Shown: one piece after another, positions 23,159 to 36,981 of the stretch
Position numbering within the stretch: position 1 is the stretch's first letter
Layout of the letters: each line of letters begins with the position of its first letter
Source: Selaginella moellendorffii
Taxonomy: Eukaryota > Plantae > Lycopodiophyta
Assembly: GCF_000143415.4 (NCBI RefSeq)
Contig: NW_003314267.1
Location: 3,489,858-3,553,857 of the forward strand
Length of the DNA stretch: 64,000 nucleotides
Reading direction: 5' to 3'
Made by a program: the position numbers and the translations under genes
The notes under the pieces: generated by a model
What the model was told of the DNA's origin: nothing
What the model saw: the letters and a program-made list of their open reading frames with translations, nothing else
Database searches by the model: none

Positions 23159-25070
23159 TTAGAAGTGAGGCCATGGTGCATTTTTATAAACTTCATTGAG
23201 CTTCTGAATTTTGTTTGAATCAACTAGTGGCAAAAATAAAGTACCTCCAAATGTTGCTAAATCACCTGATACACTCATGATTTTCATAATATTAAAAAAT
23301 AAAAACTTTGGCATATATCCAGCATATAAATCTGGTACAATATGATGATACTGCTCTTCATGCTCCAGATGCATATAGAGCTGTGAAAAATATCTTAGAA
23401 ATAGAAAATTAATTAGGAAAAAACATTACCATAGTTACATCCAAAGGATTATCAGAAAAAGCAATCTTTATTTTAGGAAAAACACTAGTGTTGATTACAA
23501 CAGCATGTATAGCTTGTGGATAAACTCTAGTAGCCATTAAAGAGTTGTGGATAAACTCTAGTTGGCTGTAATCTTAGTTTAACATCAAAATCATCTATAA
23601 TTTGAATGATAGAAGAATCTGTAATATAAAGAACTTTTTCTGAAATTCCATGGTGGTAAACTGGGTTTTTCTGTTGTTCAATCCATCTGAAGTGAGAGAA
23701 TTAAAATCTTGTTAATTTTTTTCTTAAATTACAAATCTTGTAAGTGAGAAATATTTGCCAACCATAAATTTATTATATAATCGCACACACATGGATGAAT
23801 CGCTATATATAGTTAAAGTTTGCAAGCCATGCATATCTGTACAATCCATTATATAAGTTAAGTATTTTGCACTTCATAGAGTGTTCTTTGCAAGATGAAG
23901 TTTATAAGTTTCATACCTAGGCAAAAAGCAAATCAAAACTACAAAAAAAAAAGGATTTCAAAACCATACGTAGATAAAATCTTCAACTCAAGAATCTTGG
24001 TTGAATTTGCTTTTTCAAAGACAAGTGATGCAATAGTGGCTTTTAGGATGGTCAACTTTGTCCTCTTTGCTTGTGAAATTACAAAACCAAAAAGAAATAA
24101 ATCAAGAAATACTAAAGAATAAAGAGAAAAACCAAACCTTCATAAGAATTTGTTTCTGTTGACATATCCTCAACGGGTGATGACTGAACAATATCCATAG
24201 CACAATCCTTTTCATGCACTGACTCTCCTCATTGTAAACATCCTTGCCAAATACTTCTCATCATCGTCCAAGCTGAAGCTAGAAGCAACATGACTCCACT
24301 CCTCGGCTGCTACAATCTCCCTCCGTCTGTCGCTTTAAAAAAGAGGAAGGAATAGGAATAGAAAGATTGTCATTTGCGTGGACTCAAGCATCCAAGTCAA
24401 AGCCCAGCATTAATGTCATGGTTTCCTCCAAAACTCAAGGTTTGGTCACTATCCATCAATTGAGCCTCAATTTGCTCTTCCCAACAACTCCTTTTTGAAA
24501 AGACTCTCCCTCCTCCATTGATCTTTGTTTTCTACCCACTGCCCACTTGCAGCCATATGGAGGAAGATCTAAGCTCCATACATGGATGTGTTCTAGGTTG
24601 ATTGATTGATTCTGGGCAATCAATCAGTACTACTGTGGTGGGTTTCTGATCCTGGATCGTGGCTCTCAACTCAAACCTCCAGGGAGAGGCAATCCTCAAT
24701 CAATTCACTAGTTCAAATATGATTTTCTTGACGCTTCCCAGGGACAAGAGCAATCCATTGGAGCCAGTGGAGAACATGGTGGCCAGGAATAACAATAGCA
24801 TCGTGATTGATCTCAAGGGGGCCTTGTTCAAATCCTTGAGCTGGTTTCAATACTTCATGCTTGTCACAATTGAGGCTGGGAGTCCCCCTATGAGCGCTCC
24901 TCCTCTTTTTCATTCTTCCCTTCACGTAGATCACTGGCTGCTTTGTCCATCCAGCCCTGGAGCTCCAGATTCTCTGCTTTATGGTGGTGGCTGGATTGAG
25001 GGCCTTGGTAGTGGAACTTTGAGAGCTCTCTTGCAATTGCCATTCTGGACATAGAACCTAACCAATGCAC
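23159..25070 (-). pseudogene. Unidentified degenerate multi-exon gene fragments
   Basis: Exon-like frames (HLEHEEQYHHIVPDLY..., WIEQQKNPVYHHG...TRVYPQAIHAVVINTSVF...) with splice-like boundaries and an 18-nt internal duplication (ACTAGAGTTTATCCACAA). No family recognised. Confidence 0.3.
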
Positions 25071-28000
25071 TTTACATTACATGGTTTCTTTGGCTCATGC
25101 TCCAAAAACCACACATGCTCATGATGATATAAAGTGGTTAGAAAAGTTTATAAATTATAAATATGAAATTAATCTAAATGAATAACCACCATTGGATGAC
25201 AAAATATCATAGAATATTCAAGCATATTCTAAGTATATTCATTACCATCCCAGTCCCCCTACAGGTTTGCTTAAGCAAACCAAAAAGATAGAGTTATTGA
25301 TTACAACACTTGGTTTACTTCTGAAATTTATAAATTCTTTTATATAAATAGTGATCCAAAATCCTTATTTCTAAATTTTGTAGACTTTGTGAGGTCCAAG
25401 TGTACAGCTATGATGCCATATACTAATATTAGCATAATGAGATTTTGGTAGCGGTCAGATTGGTTTCAATCTAGACCACTTGCTATTATATATAAAATTG
25501 GTATGCATATTTTCTATATTCCCTTTTCATATCCCATGCCCTCACATTGGTGGAAATAAAGGGCACCTTTGATTGTCCCTAAAGAGTGTTTGGATTTGGG
25601 ATTTTTGTTTAAATCTAACTTTTGCATCGTCTAGATTTAGCTTTTTCCATTTCCTTCCTTTTATTTTTTCCTTTTGGGATTTTGGTTTAGATATAGCTTT
25701 TCCATTATCTAGATCTCCCTTTCCTTCTAACTTTTTTCATTTCTCTTCTTTTACTCTTTCTTTTTCATTCATTTTCATGGCAGAGTAATAGTCTCCTTCT
25801 TTGACTTTAGAGTAACAGTTGGTGCAATTACTTAATGCTATGTGATTGCAATTGAACAACTAAACTCAATTGATGGTGGCATTTATAGCACGTGGTATAG
25901 CTTTTTCTCTGCTCTTGGTGCCAATCCTTGCGTTCGGCCGGAGTTCTTTTGTGGGAATTCTAGGGATGATGTGTACCATTGGTTTGATCACTTCATAGTG
26001 ATTGCCACATATCATTCTTGGGATGATGTTCGAAGTTTGTGTGAGTTTCCCACGTGTTTCCAAGGGACGATGCTGTAGTGGTACAATGGTTTAAGCGCAA
26101 CCACTTATAGGGATTAAAGAATTCTCTCTGACATCTTCAAACGCATATTCAAATATGCTAATGATTGTGATAATGCCTTCCAACAATTGCATCGTCTTTG
26201 TCAAGGGCCATCTAAGTCGGTGATGCAATTTAGCGTTTGTTTTCGAAGCCTCTTGCTTCGTGTGAAGCCAAATATGTCGGAGTGGATCAAGCTGGGAATG
26301 TTGTGATCAACACTTCGTTAAAATCTTGTCGGACTTGTGCATACACTTGCTCTAGCCACCCTTAATGATGCCTTTTGCTTGGCACAACGTTATGAAATGT
26401 TATCTCTTCCACTTCTTGCTGCATGTCCTTTAGCTCCACTTCCTGTGGGAGATGGTTCTGTTCCAATGGAGGTTAATGTTGCTGCTACTTGAGTTCAAGG
26501 ACCAAGGCAAGGATGTGGTTGTGGCCATGATGTTTGTTATTGGGCGTGTGATGAAATTGGTCACACTTATCAGTGTTATCAGCATTTTCTAGATTGACAG
26601 TCTGGGTAGAGACCTTAGCATCAATAACATCCTGTTAGTGCTGCTGCAATAGAAGGTTTGAACACCAAGATGCATCCGGGAAATGAGGAGTTGTGCGAGT
26701 AATGAAAGGACTTTGCTTGAATAAGTCAGTGACCCCTCTATCTTTCTTTCGAGAGCATCATCAAGGGGTTCACTCGGCACTAATTCATCCAATATTTACT
26801 TTTCAAGCTTGTTTTTATAACAAGCAGTCTCCTATTATTCTCTCCATGTTAGTTGATACAGGTTCGAGTTTATCTTTTATTGCTCAACCTGTTGCCACAT
26901 ATTGTTGTCTACACTTGTGTCATGCGGCAGAGCCAGTTTTCATTCTTTATGGCAACGGCTTTACACATACATGTGCATACGATAAGGTAAACCTAGTTGT
27001 GCGTGTGGGCAATCTCAAGCTTGGGTTGCAATCATTGTGGGTGGTGCCAAGTCAAGCTTTTGACCTCATCCTTGGTATGGATTGATTGCAACGCAATCAT
27101 GCCAAATGTGACTTTGAGGCTTTTCCCCTTTATCTCATACTTCATATATTTCATCCATTCCTTTTACTTCTATACCTCTTTGTCTTTATACTTCTACCTT
27201 TTCTTCCATTACTTTTGTCTCCCCATTACTTCTCTGTTTTGTTTCGCTCTTCCCTTTTTAGATTCCTCCAACGGTCTTTGTGTTTCAACAGTTACCCAAT
27301 TTATGAAGGAGTATGCTGATCGCTTTGAATTTAACTTATCGTTTGGGGTCAAGATTGCCACACGTCATCATCGTCCAACTGGGGATGTTTGTCCAATCAA
27401 GGTTCATGTTTGTCGTCGGTCACTCAAATAGATCAAGATTTTATGTGCAAATGTTAAGGAGATGTTGAAAAAAGGTGTTATTCAAAAGTTGTGGAGTCTT
27501 TGGGCATATGAATCTCATATTGTGACAAAGCCTGATGGGAGTATTCATTTCTGCATCAATTATTGTCCATTAAATGAAGTGACGATCCCTGGTATGTACC
27601 TTCTTCCTCACATTATTGATCTCTTGGATCGTTTGGGGAAAAGTTGTTAATTCATCAAGCTAGATTTTGCTTTTGGGTACTGGCAAGTATCGATGGCTGA
27701 AGAAGATATTCCTAAGATATGTTCATGATGTTCATAAAGTGTTGAATTAGCTACAAGATATTTGTTTAAAGTTGAATGGTTGAAGTACGTGTTTGGGTCC
27801 AAGGACACGATTTATCTGGGGCATCATATTTCTTGTGAGGGTTTGCAAGTTGATCTTGACAAACTTGTGGCTGTTCTAAAGTTTTTTACTCCGAAGTGTG
27901 TGAATGATGTGCAATGCTTCTTGGGCAAGGTATAGTATCTTAGTTGTTTTATGGACCATCTTTCTGATTGCACTGTACTATTGCGAGCATTGTTGAAATC

Positions 28001-31000
28001 ATCAATATCATTTTTCATTTGATTTGTGGACTGTGAGTGAGCATTCATGGATCTTAAAGAGCTATTGATGACTCTTCTATTTTTGGCGTATCTTAATTAC
28101 ACTTGACCTTTCATTTTACACATGGATGCTTTTGATATTAGTTTTGGAGGTGTATTGATGCAAGAGAGCCTGAGTGTGCCTATGTAATGCATGTGGTTTT
28201 GACTCTTTATCCTATGGTGATTTACCATAGGATAACACCACGAAGCTAGTGGTGTGGAACCCGAGGTTCAGGGCCTTGGGCCACTGAACAAAGGAATGGT
28301 GCCAAACTCCCAAGCATAGAGCCCAGAAGCGATGGAACCGTATTACCGAGCAACTCTTGAGCGTATAGCCCAAGAAGCGAGGGACAGGAGTATGAAGTGA
28401 CTTGGAATAGTCCTAGAGCAACTAACATCCTAATGCCAGGACTAGCACGCAAAATAGAGCCAAACAGAGTTTAGCGCTATTTTGGCATACTGGTGGCTTA
28501 ATGCAAGGACATGGGTACTCCACTAGCTAATATGGTGTGGAGCTTGGGTTTAGACCCAAGCCAGACACAAAACAAGGACAAGCACACAAGCAGGAGCTAG
28601 ATTATACCTCAAATTGGTTAGCCATGCACGTAAGCGGAAGCTAGACTAAACCTCAAATTGGTTGGCCATGCCTGACCTACCCACTATCCCTACTATACAT
28701 TTGGAACCCCCTATAGCCCCCCCCCCTCTTGAGGCACGCTTTGGGTTTTCACCCCAAGCTTCCCTTAGTATCAAGAGTTAGACTCTGGAACAAGCTCGAA
28801 ACTGACTAAATATGAAATGTTTCTAGACTGCAAATTTGGACACGGGATGAACACCATTATATTTAGAACAATCTCTACATTCTATAGATATGCCAAATGA
28901 GTAAATCTAGATGCTTTCCATAAATAGCATTTGGGACCGAATTGAGACTAACACAAAAGGCATGATAGCGAGGGTGTTTGGTAAACACAGTAAACTATTA
29001 TCTAGCGAATATTGAGGGACCAATTTCAATATCGGAGGGGGTTCTTGATACTAGCAAGTGCAAGCCAATGACTCAAGTTTCTCAAACCAGACCAAGTATG
29101 TTCAGCAAAAAATACATAGGATTCCTACCTTATGTTTATCCAATCTAAGTACATGGTTATTAACTAGTTTCTCAACTAGCTCAAGTGGGAAACTGATAAC
29201 GAGTCTAGCAATACCGACTTCCTACCGTTGTGGCAGTAAGGAAAGAATATATGAAAGGACTAGTCGATAGGTAAATTTCAATACCCAAAGTCACATTCAC
29301 GACACTCTCCCCCCCTTAGGGAAGATCGACGTCTTCGTCGATGCATACTCAAGTTTAAACCACCGCCAAGGAAATAACTCCAGAAAAAGTTTATGGTGAT
29401 CACACTATGTGAGAAATGCACTAACTTAAATGAGTTAGGGGTAACCTCTTTGTCTAACGCGGATGCGCTACCAACTCAAACACCTTCTCGCCATCGCCGA
29501 TAAGGAAATTAAGGAAATGACCAATGGAGTTAGCCACCCTTGCTGCTCTGGGTGTCACCTATCTTACAAAAGTGTGATATGCCCCTGCTTGCAGAGACAT
29601 AGAGAAAGAAGCCAGAGACCCCAACCCTCATGAGCAAAGAAACCAAACCTGTCGGTAAGGTTTAGATAGACTACTGTAAATAGGCAGTTAAAATTGTTTA
29701 CATGGTCATGCCCTTTTAAAATAATATAAGGAATATTGACAGAGAGGCAGGTGATGTGACCAGTGGATAGTGTTGGGGGAAGGAGGGGCACCTCCCCTAA
29801 CGTTCGCTCAAACACGAGAAATGCTTCGATGCTCTTTGCAAAATGCCCCCCCCTTGCCCTTGTGAGGCAAGGGTTTATACAAGGAAGATGGGGAATATTC
29901 TAAAGACTAGAATATTCCTTCTCTCTCTCTCTCTCACTCTCTTGGTGGCCATGCCCTAACATGCGACCACAGTGGATCGCGTTGGCTGCAGACGCGCAAG
30001 AACCCGTTGAAGAGTGTAGACTGTACCTCTGCTACTGATGCCAAGTGCTGGTAACTGTGTGAAATAGTAGAAACTGTAGAAAACAAAGTGGAAAAGAAAG
30101 AAAAGAGGTAGGTGTGAAGTTTGGAGACAGGGAGGAAAACCCGGTGGGAAACCCTGTAGTCAAACTGGACCCTGAAGTTGAAGAAAAAGTGCAGAAAAAG
30201 TGTGAAAAGAAGAGGAAAATAGAGGAAAAAGAGTGTGAGTACCCAAAGAACTTAATCCGTACCTGGATTTTGGCTCAGGAAAGTGTAATATGCAAATGCA
30301 GCCTCTTGATAACTTCCGGTATGCTCCAAGGATTGGCCGAATTTGAGAAAGAAAGAGGGGTAGAAGAGGGGATGCGTTGCCCAGTGGTGAAATGATGAAA
30401 GATGGAGTGATATGGTGGAGCGCCAAGATGATGGTGGCACTCTGAAAAGGTAGCCATTGATAACCCCATAGAGTAAGTGTTGACCACTCGGAGTAGCCAG
30501 TAACCCGTAACCAGTAGCTGGGTACCTATAACCGGTAACCACTTGCTCTCGCTCCTACTCCTACGCCTACTCCAGTACCGATATGATGGAGTGATATGGT
30601 GGAGCGCTGAGATGGTGGTGGCACTCTAAAAAGGCGGCCAGTCTGATGTGTCGAACTGAAGAAGTCAGCAGCTGAAAAGGACGGCATAGTTGCTGGGTTG
30701 CCGGTAAAGAGAGGTGGCATGTGTCCACAGAGTGCTGGAGCAGAAGAAAGTGGCGTTGGCTTCTATGGCCTTGCCTAAAGATCCACCTAGGTGCCTTGAG
30801 TGAACAGGTTCACCTGGTTGGAAGAAAGTCACTCCAGAAAAGCTAGTGCGTCGTCGGCAAATGGTCGTCCAATGGTCGGCAAATGGTCCAATGGTCAAAG
30901 GATATCTCAAAAATGGCTCGTCCAAATGAGGTGGTGTCATTTGCTGCTGGTGTAGATATGTGTGTCTGTGGTATGGTGGAAATGTGACCTCAAACGGAGA

Positions 31001-31445
31001 TGTGAATGATGGTGAAAGAATGAAAGATGCAAGACGAGCATCTAGAGATAAGTGTGGGCAATGTTGCTGGAAGTGATTGGTGATGGAACTGTGAGTGTAG
31101 ATGTTATGGAATAAGTGAGGGGAATGCGTGGGGTGTAGTAATGGTAAGGGAAGGGCCAAAGAACCTGGAACATAGACCAAGCCACATGAGGAACCTCCAT
31201 ACAAATGGCAATGCAGCCTGAGCGCGAAATCCAAGGCATGGGCCAAGGTCCAATGGAGAAACACCCTCTGAAAGTAAGAAAAATAACCATGAAAGTAAAG
31301 TGAAAGAAAGGAAGAAAAAGAAAAAGAAAAAGAAGAGAAGAGGAATGCCTCACTCGATGAAGCGTTTGAGATGAGAGTGGTTGTGAGCGTGTGGGAGCTC
31401 ACATCCATCAGCATCAACTAGCACATATGCTCCACCTCTGATGTA

Positions 31446-34400
31446 TCACTGGACAAAGTAGGGGCTGGTCCAGCGAGGGGAGAATTTCGAAAGTGGCGTA
31501 AACTCCTTGAGTAGAACAAGATCGCCATCCTCGAATGGTTCGTTAAACCGCTGGTGATTGATGACTGACTTGATCTTCTGCTTGCCTCGAAGGAGATGTT
31601 TAGTCGTGGATCGTCGCTGTTCTTCCAAGGCAAGAACCTCTAAGTCACGTGCATGAAGCTTGTCCTCATCGCTAAGCTGCATCGCTGCTGCGTATCGAAG
31701 TGAAAGTGAGAGTGATGGCACCTGGATCTCCACTGGAAGCACGGCCTCTGTCCCATAGACAAGGGAGAATGGGGTCACAGAGATGGATGTCTTGAAGGAC
31801 GTCCGAAAGGCCCACAATGCCGTAAGCAAGTGTTCATGCCAACGCCTTGGGTGATCCTCCACAAGCTTTGAGATGACTGTCTTCAATATCTTGTTGCTGG
31901 ACTCTACTTGGCCATTGCACTGAGGATAATAGCTGCTGCTCTTCACGTGCTTGACTTGCAGCTGCTGAAGAAGATGTTGCATCACCTGTCCAAGGAAGCC
32001 ACTACCACGATCGGAAACCAAAACGGCAGGGACTCCGAATCGGCAAATGATGTACTCGTAGACAAACTTTGCTGTAGACTGTTGATCTGCCTATTGTAGA
32101 GGGGTGGCCTCAACCCATTTTGTGAAATAATCCGTTGCCACAATGATGTATCGCTGTCCTTTTGAGCTCGGTGGGTTGATCGAGCCAACGAAGTCCAGTC
32201 CCCACTGGAAAAAGGGACCTGGAGAAGTAATGAGCTGGAAAGGAAGACGTGGAACATGGCTCCGGGGGTTGAACCGTTGGCACTGCTCACATGCCTTTGC
32301 ATAGGCCAAGCTATCCTGGTGAATTCGAGGCCAAAAGTAGCCATGGCACAAGAGGAGCTGTGCCGTGACCCTTCCCGAGAAATGCCCGGCACAAGAGTGG
32401 AAAGCCCGAAGGAGCTCAAGGACCTCGTGTTCCCCCACACACTGCAACAAAACCTCCTGAGAAGTCCTCCTGTAAAGGTGCCCGTCGAGAAGGCAAAACC
32501 CCCGTGCTTGGATCTCCAATGCCTTTTGTTGCACTAGTGAGGAATCTACTAGGAACTGACCTGAATCTAGGTACATTGCAACGTCCTGTAATGCTGCTGG
32601 GACCACAAAGGAAGTAGCTTCAGCAACCAGGAACTCACTTGGATCCATCACACGCTTCCGCCGCATGTGAAAACTGGGTTGGAACTCTTGGATGGTCACA
32701 ATCCAAGATAAAGTACAAGGACTATGAATCGGTCGCTGTAGAAGAAAGGTTAGAACATTAAAATAGACATGGAAATGGATACGGGCTCCAGCAAGAAAGT
32801 GATGAAAGCGCTCCAAGGTATAAACAACAGCCACTGCTTCTTTTCTCCTTCCACGTACTTCTTCTTAGTCTCCTTGAACGAATGTGAGGCATAGTATGTT
32901 GCATGTGGTGGCTTGCCAGGCTGTGAACATTGGCAAAGGCAGACTCCAAAAGCCTCTGTACCCGTTGTGATGTAAATGTCAAAAGGAAGTTGTCGCTCTG
33001 GGGGTTGGAGTACCGGGGCCGTGCGGAGTGACTGCTGCAGTGATTCAAAGGCTTGTTGCTGGGACTTACCCCAAACAAATGGAATGTTGTGTTGTAGTAG
33101 AGCTATCAGAGGCCGTGAACGTGCAGCATAGTTGTGGAGGAAATGGCGAAAGAAACCCGTTTGCCCGAGGAAGCTGCGAAGCTGCTTCAAGTTGGTTGGT
33201 GGGTTCCGATCCAGAATCTTCTGAGCCTTGGCTACTTGGGGTTTGATCCTGTCCTGCGAGACATCAAAGCCTAGTAACTGGCCTTCAGTCACCCCAAATT
33301 TACACTTTTCCGGGTTCAACGAAAACCTGTGTTCTCGGCAGCGAGTGAAGATCTGTTCCAAGTGCACAAGGTGGTCCTCAAAGGAGTCAGAGGTCATGCA
33401 CAGATCATCTATATACACCCTCAAGGCACCTCCAATCAAGTCGTGAAAAGCACTGAAAAGTAGCTCCGGCGTTACACAAGCCAAATGGGAGTACGTTGAA
33501 AGCAAAGACGCCCCAAGGTGTCCGGAAGGCCATAAGATCTCGATGATCCAGATGAATGAAGATCTGGTTATACCCTGAAAAGCCATCCATGAAAGAGTAG
33601 TACTGGTGTCCAGCCATCTCATCCACAATCGCATCGATAAATGGAGTTGGAAAGTGATCCTGCGCAGTTGCCTTGTTCAAGTCTCTAAAATCAACGCAGA
33701 GGTGGAGTTTTCCATTTGCCTTGCGTGCAGGGATGAGATTGGCCACCCACTCTGAGCTCTCCAAAGGGTAAATAAAGCCGGCTGCTAGAAGTCGCTCGAT
33801 CTCCAACTTCAACTCTAAGTGAGCTGCCGGGCTGAAACACCGCATCTTTTGATGGACTGGTTTGACTGACTTTGAAAGCACAATACTGTGCATGATCGTG
33901 TCCATGGGAACTCCTGGAAGCTGGCTGTAATCCCAAGCGAACACGTCCTTGAAACCGTGAAGAAGATCCAAGAGCTTTGCTGCATTTGTTGGATCAAGCG
34001 ATGTGGCGATAAAGACCAGGTCCTTGTCATCGCCTAGGAAAACAGCATGAACCCTAGAGTCTGGAGAAACCGTGGGCTCAGGGACCTTGTCTCTCATAGT
34101 TTCCTCCCTGACTTTGGAAACCAAAGAGCAGGTAGTGCCTTTTGCCTCTCGCATCATGGTGATTGCTTGGTGTGATAACTTGTCTGCCCAAAAGTTTTCT
34201 TCACGAGGGACACTTTGAAAAGTCACCTGAGAGAACTCATCCTTCAGGTTGACTGCCCGCTGCCATAGCTCTTTCAGGTTCTCTTTGCGGACTTGGTATT
34301 CTCCAGTAAGTTGGCGTATGATGAGTTGCGCATCTCCAACAAAAGTGACTCGCCTAAACTTGAGATCTGTGGCCAACTTCATGGCACTGATAGCCGCCAA

Positions 34401-36981
34401 ATACTCTGCTTCATTAGCTAATGTTGCTGGCAAAGTGATAGAGAGGTTGGCTACTTTGGTCTCCGCTGAATCGATCATCCAAACTCCAATGCCGGCTACT
34501 TGGTTTTTGGGGCAGAACGCACCGTCAAAATAAGCCGTAATCATAGGAGTGTCCTCTTCTTCAAATAAAGATGCTGGGGACACCACATCCGGCAAGACCA
34601 TCTCTGGTGGTTCTAGTAAGAACGTTGCTGTTGGATCTGGAGTCTTTCTCTGTTGTTCTCTTTGCTTCTGATGCTCTGAGCGCTCAATGTCCAATGCAAG
34701 GACTGTATCCAAGTACTCTGCAAGTGAAGGAAGATCCTCCACCGAAGTCCAGTCCAAGTCTAGTGCTGAAGTTTCAGTGTAATACACTTGGACCTGTACC
34801 AGGGGCTCCATGGTAGGAAACTTTGAACTCAAAGAGCTATAACTTGCATGCAGCACGTCCGATTGGCTTGATTCTTTTTGCCAGTTGTGTGTCTGGATGT
34901 CTTCTTCCATCTCCAATGAAAGGCATGACAAAATAAGCTCAAGGTTGTCAGCTACCACGATTTTAGTAGGAAGGTGCTGGCCGTGTGACACCTCAGACAA
35001 TTGCTGAGGAGGATTGAGTTCGGTTGTGTCCTGTGAAAGATGGACTGGGTCTAGAGTGACTATGTCATCAAGCTCCATAAGAGAGAGTTGGTCCCATGCA
35101 AGAAACGAATCAAGGAGCCCCTCCTCTATTGAGAAACACTCTGAAAAGCTAGATATGGGAGCCCGTACCCTATAAGCCCCACCCTCAAATAAAAAGGGCC
35201 TGTCTAGAGGCTCGGCCTTACTCTCAAATAAAGAGAGTGAAGCTGAGAGATATCTCGGGCTACCTGACTCACCTCCAACCGTGTCAATCGCATTGCATGA
35301 GAAAGCATCCGCCATATAGATGGTTGACGCCACTGCCAACTCAGGAAAAACCTCTGTGAGCTCAGGAGGAAAGTATGGTGTGGAGGCCATCTTAGTCCAA
35401 GCTTGCTGGCCTTGCTGAGAAAGAGCTCTGCCGTGGTTGTTGAGAAAGGTGGCACTATGGGTTCCATCGCTAATTTCCATCTTGCCTTTTGCGCTGTCAA
35501 TGGTGCAATGGGCTGTGACTTGCCATGAGCGGCCAAGGATGATAGAGTCCTTCAAAGAGGGCGTTCCAAGACGTTAGTAGTCAACCACGAGGAAATCTAC
35601 CTCAGAAATAACACCCTCCACAGAGATCTTGACACCACAGCAAATGCCCGCTAGAGGAACAGTGTGGTTTGCGAACGTCTTGAGCACAATGGAGGACCTC
35701 TCAGTGATTTGTAGCTGTGCTGAAAAGGCAGCTTCGAGAGAGATAATGTTGCTTCCAGAACCGGAGTCAACCAAAGCATCCATCCTACAAGAGGAAGTAC
35801 CGATCTGCACTGGGACGAAGAATAGACTAGGATCTCCACCATATCTTGTCATGTCGACAATGTGCACCTCTTGAGGAGTCCTCTTGAGAGTGCTCTCTAG
35901 TGTTCCTGACCGTGCAAACTCCTCTAAACGCTGGCCGAATCCCAGGATAAGACACAACATGTCTCGGAGCATTGTGTGTGTTCGTCTCACAATGAGTGCA
36001 CCAATGGGATTTAAATTTGCGTTCCCGAGTTGTAGTGGCCTCTTTCCTGGACTCCACCAGCTCCTGGAGCAGTTTGTCCTAGTGTGATTGTTGCTGAAGA
36101 ATGATCTCCTTTAGCTACCGCATCTCATTGGCGAAGTTCTCAAGAGCCGGAGGTGTATGCTCAATAGCGATAGACTTTGGTGTGGATGGGCGAACAATTG
36201 CACAAGGTGACTCTGACGGGATGATGGCTTGGTCAAAATCAACTCTAGCAATCCCCAGGTCGACCAAAAGCTCTCTTTCCAGCTTTGTGGCAAACGAAAA
36301 TGCCTCGCGGCAAGAGCTGAATGTCTTCTTAAGAAGTTTCCGCTGCAAGTTCCCACGCAGACCTGCTGTGAATGCCGTGATCCCCTGTTGCTCATCTTGG
36401 ACTACTCTGCGATCCCAACACTACTTCCAGTAAGCTCGAAACCGGGTGATGTAGTCAGGAACAGACTTGTGAGCACCCTGCCGGAACGAAAAGCGGTCGA
36501 CAAGTAGCTGATTTGTGGGTTTTTCCTCAACGAAGCATTCTCTGAAAGAAGCAAGTAGTGTTTGGAAGTCTGTCCGGTCCTCTGGGAGGAGAGAATCTGC
36601 CCAAGTTGCTGCTTTGCCTTCAAGAGACTGCAAGAAGTCGCGGCACATACGATCATCATCGACGATCATGTTTGTGGTGCAATAGTAATCAAAGCGACTG
36701 ATATGCGATGTTGGAGAGAATGTTCCAACACCTGAGAAGGTCGGCAGATCACTCCCCTTCTGCAGAACATGGAGCTGAGGTCGAGCTAAAGGTGGCTGCG
36801 TCATAGCTCGTAAATCTAAGTCACTGGAATCCGCTGAGAATGAAGAGGACTCGGCCCGAGAAGGTGCAGTGTTGTACCTAAGCTGCCTTTGGATGTTAGA
36901 AAGTTTACTCCGTACCTTAGGGCCTTGAGGTACAGTAAATGGGTGCCAATTTGTCGCACGTCTAGTTTGTACCGGCATCAA
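31446..36981 (-). pseudogene. Tat gag-pol polyprotein, frameshifted
   Basis: Gag LPTFSG...QSLEGKAATW; knuckle WCTHCETNTH; protease ALVDSGSGSNII; aRH YFDGA...NEAEY...GDAQL...VPREENFWADKLS; RT CVDFRDLN, MDGFSGYNQI, YIDD; integrase GHF..CEQC, WGLDFVG, SDRGS, YYPQCNGQVE. Confidence 0.92.
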
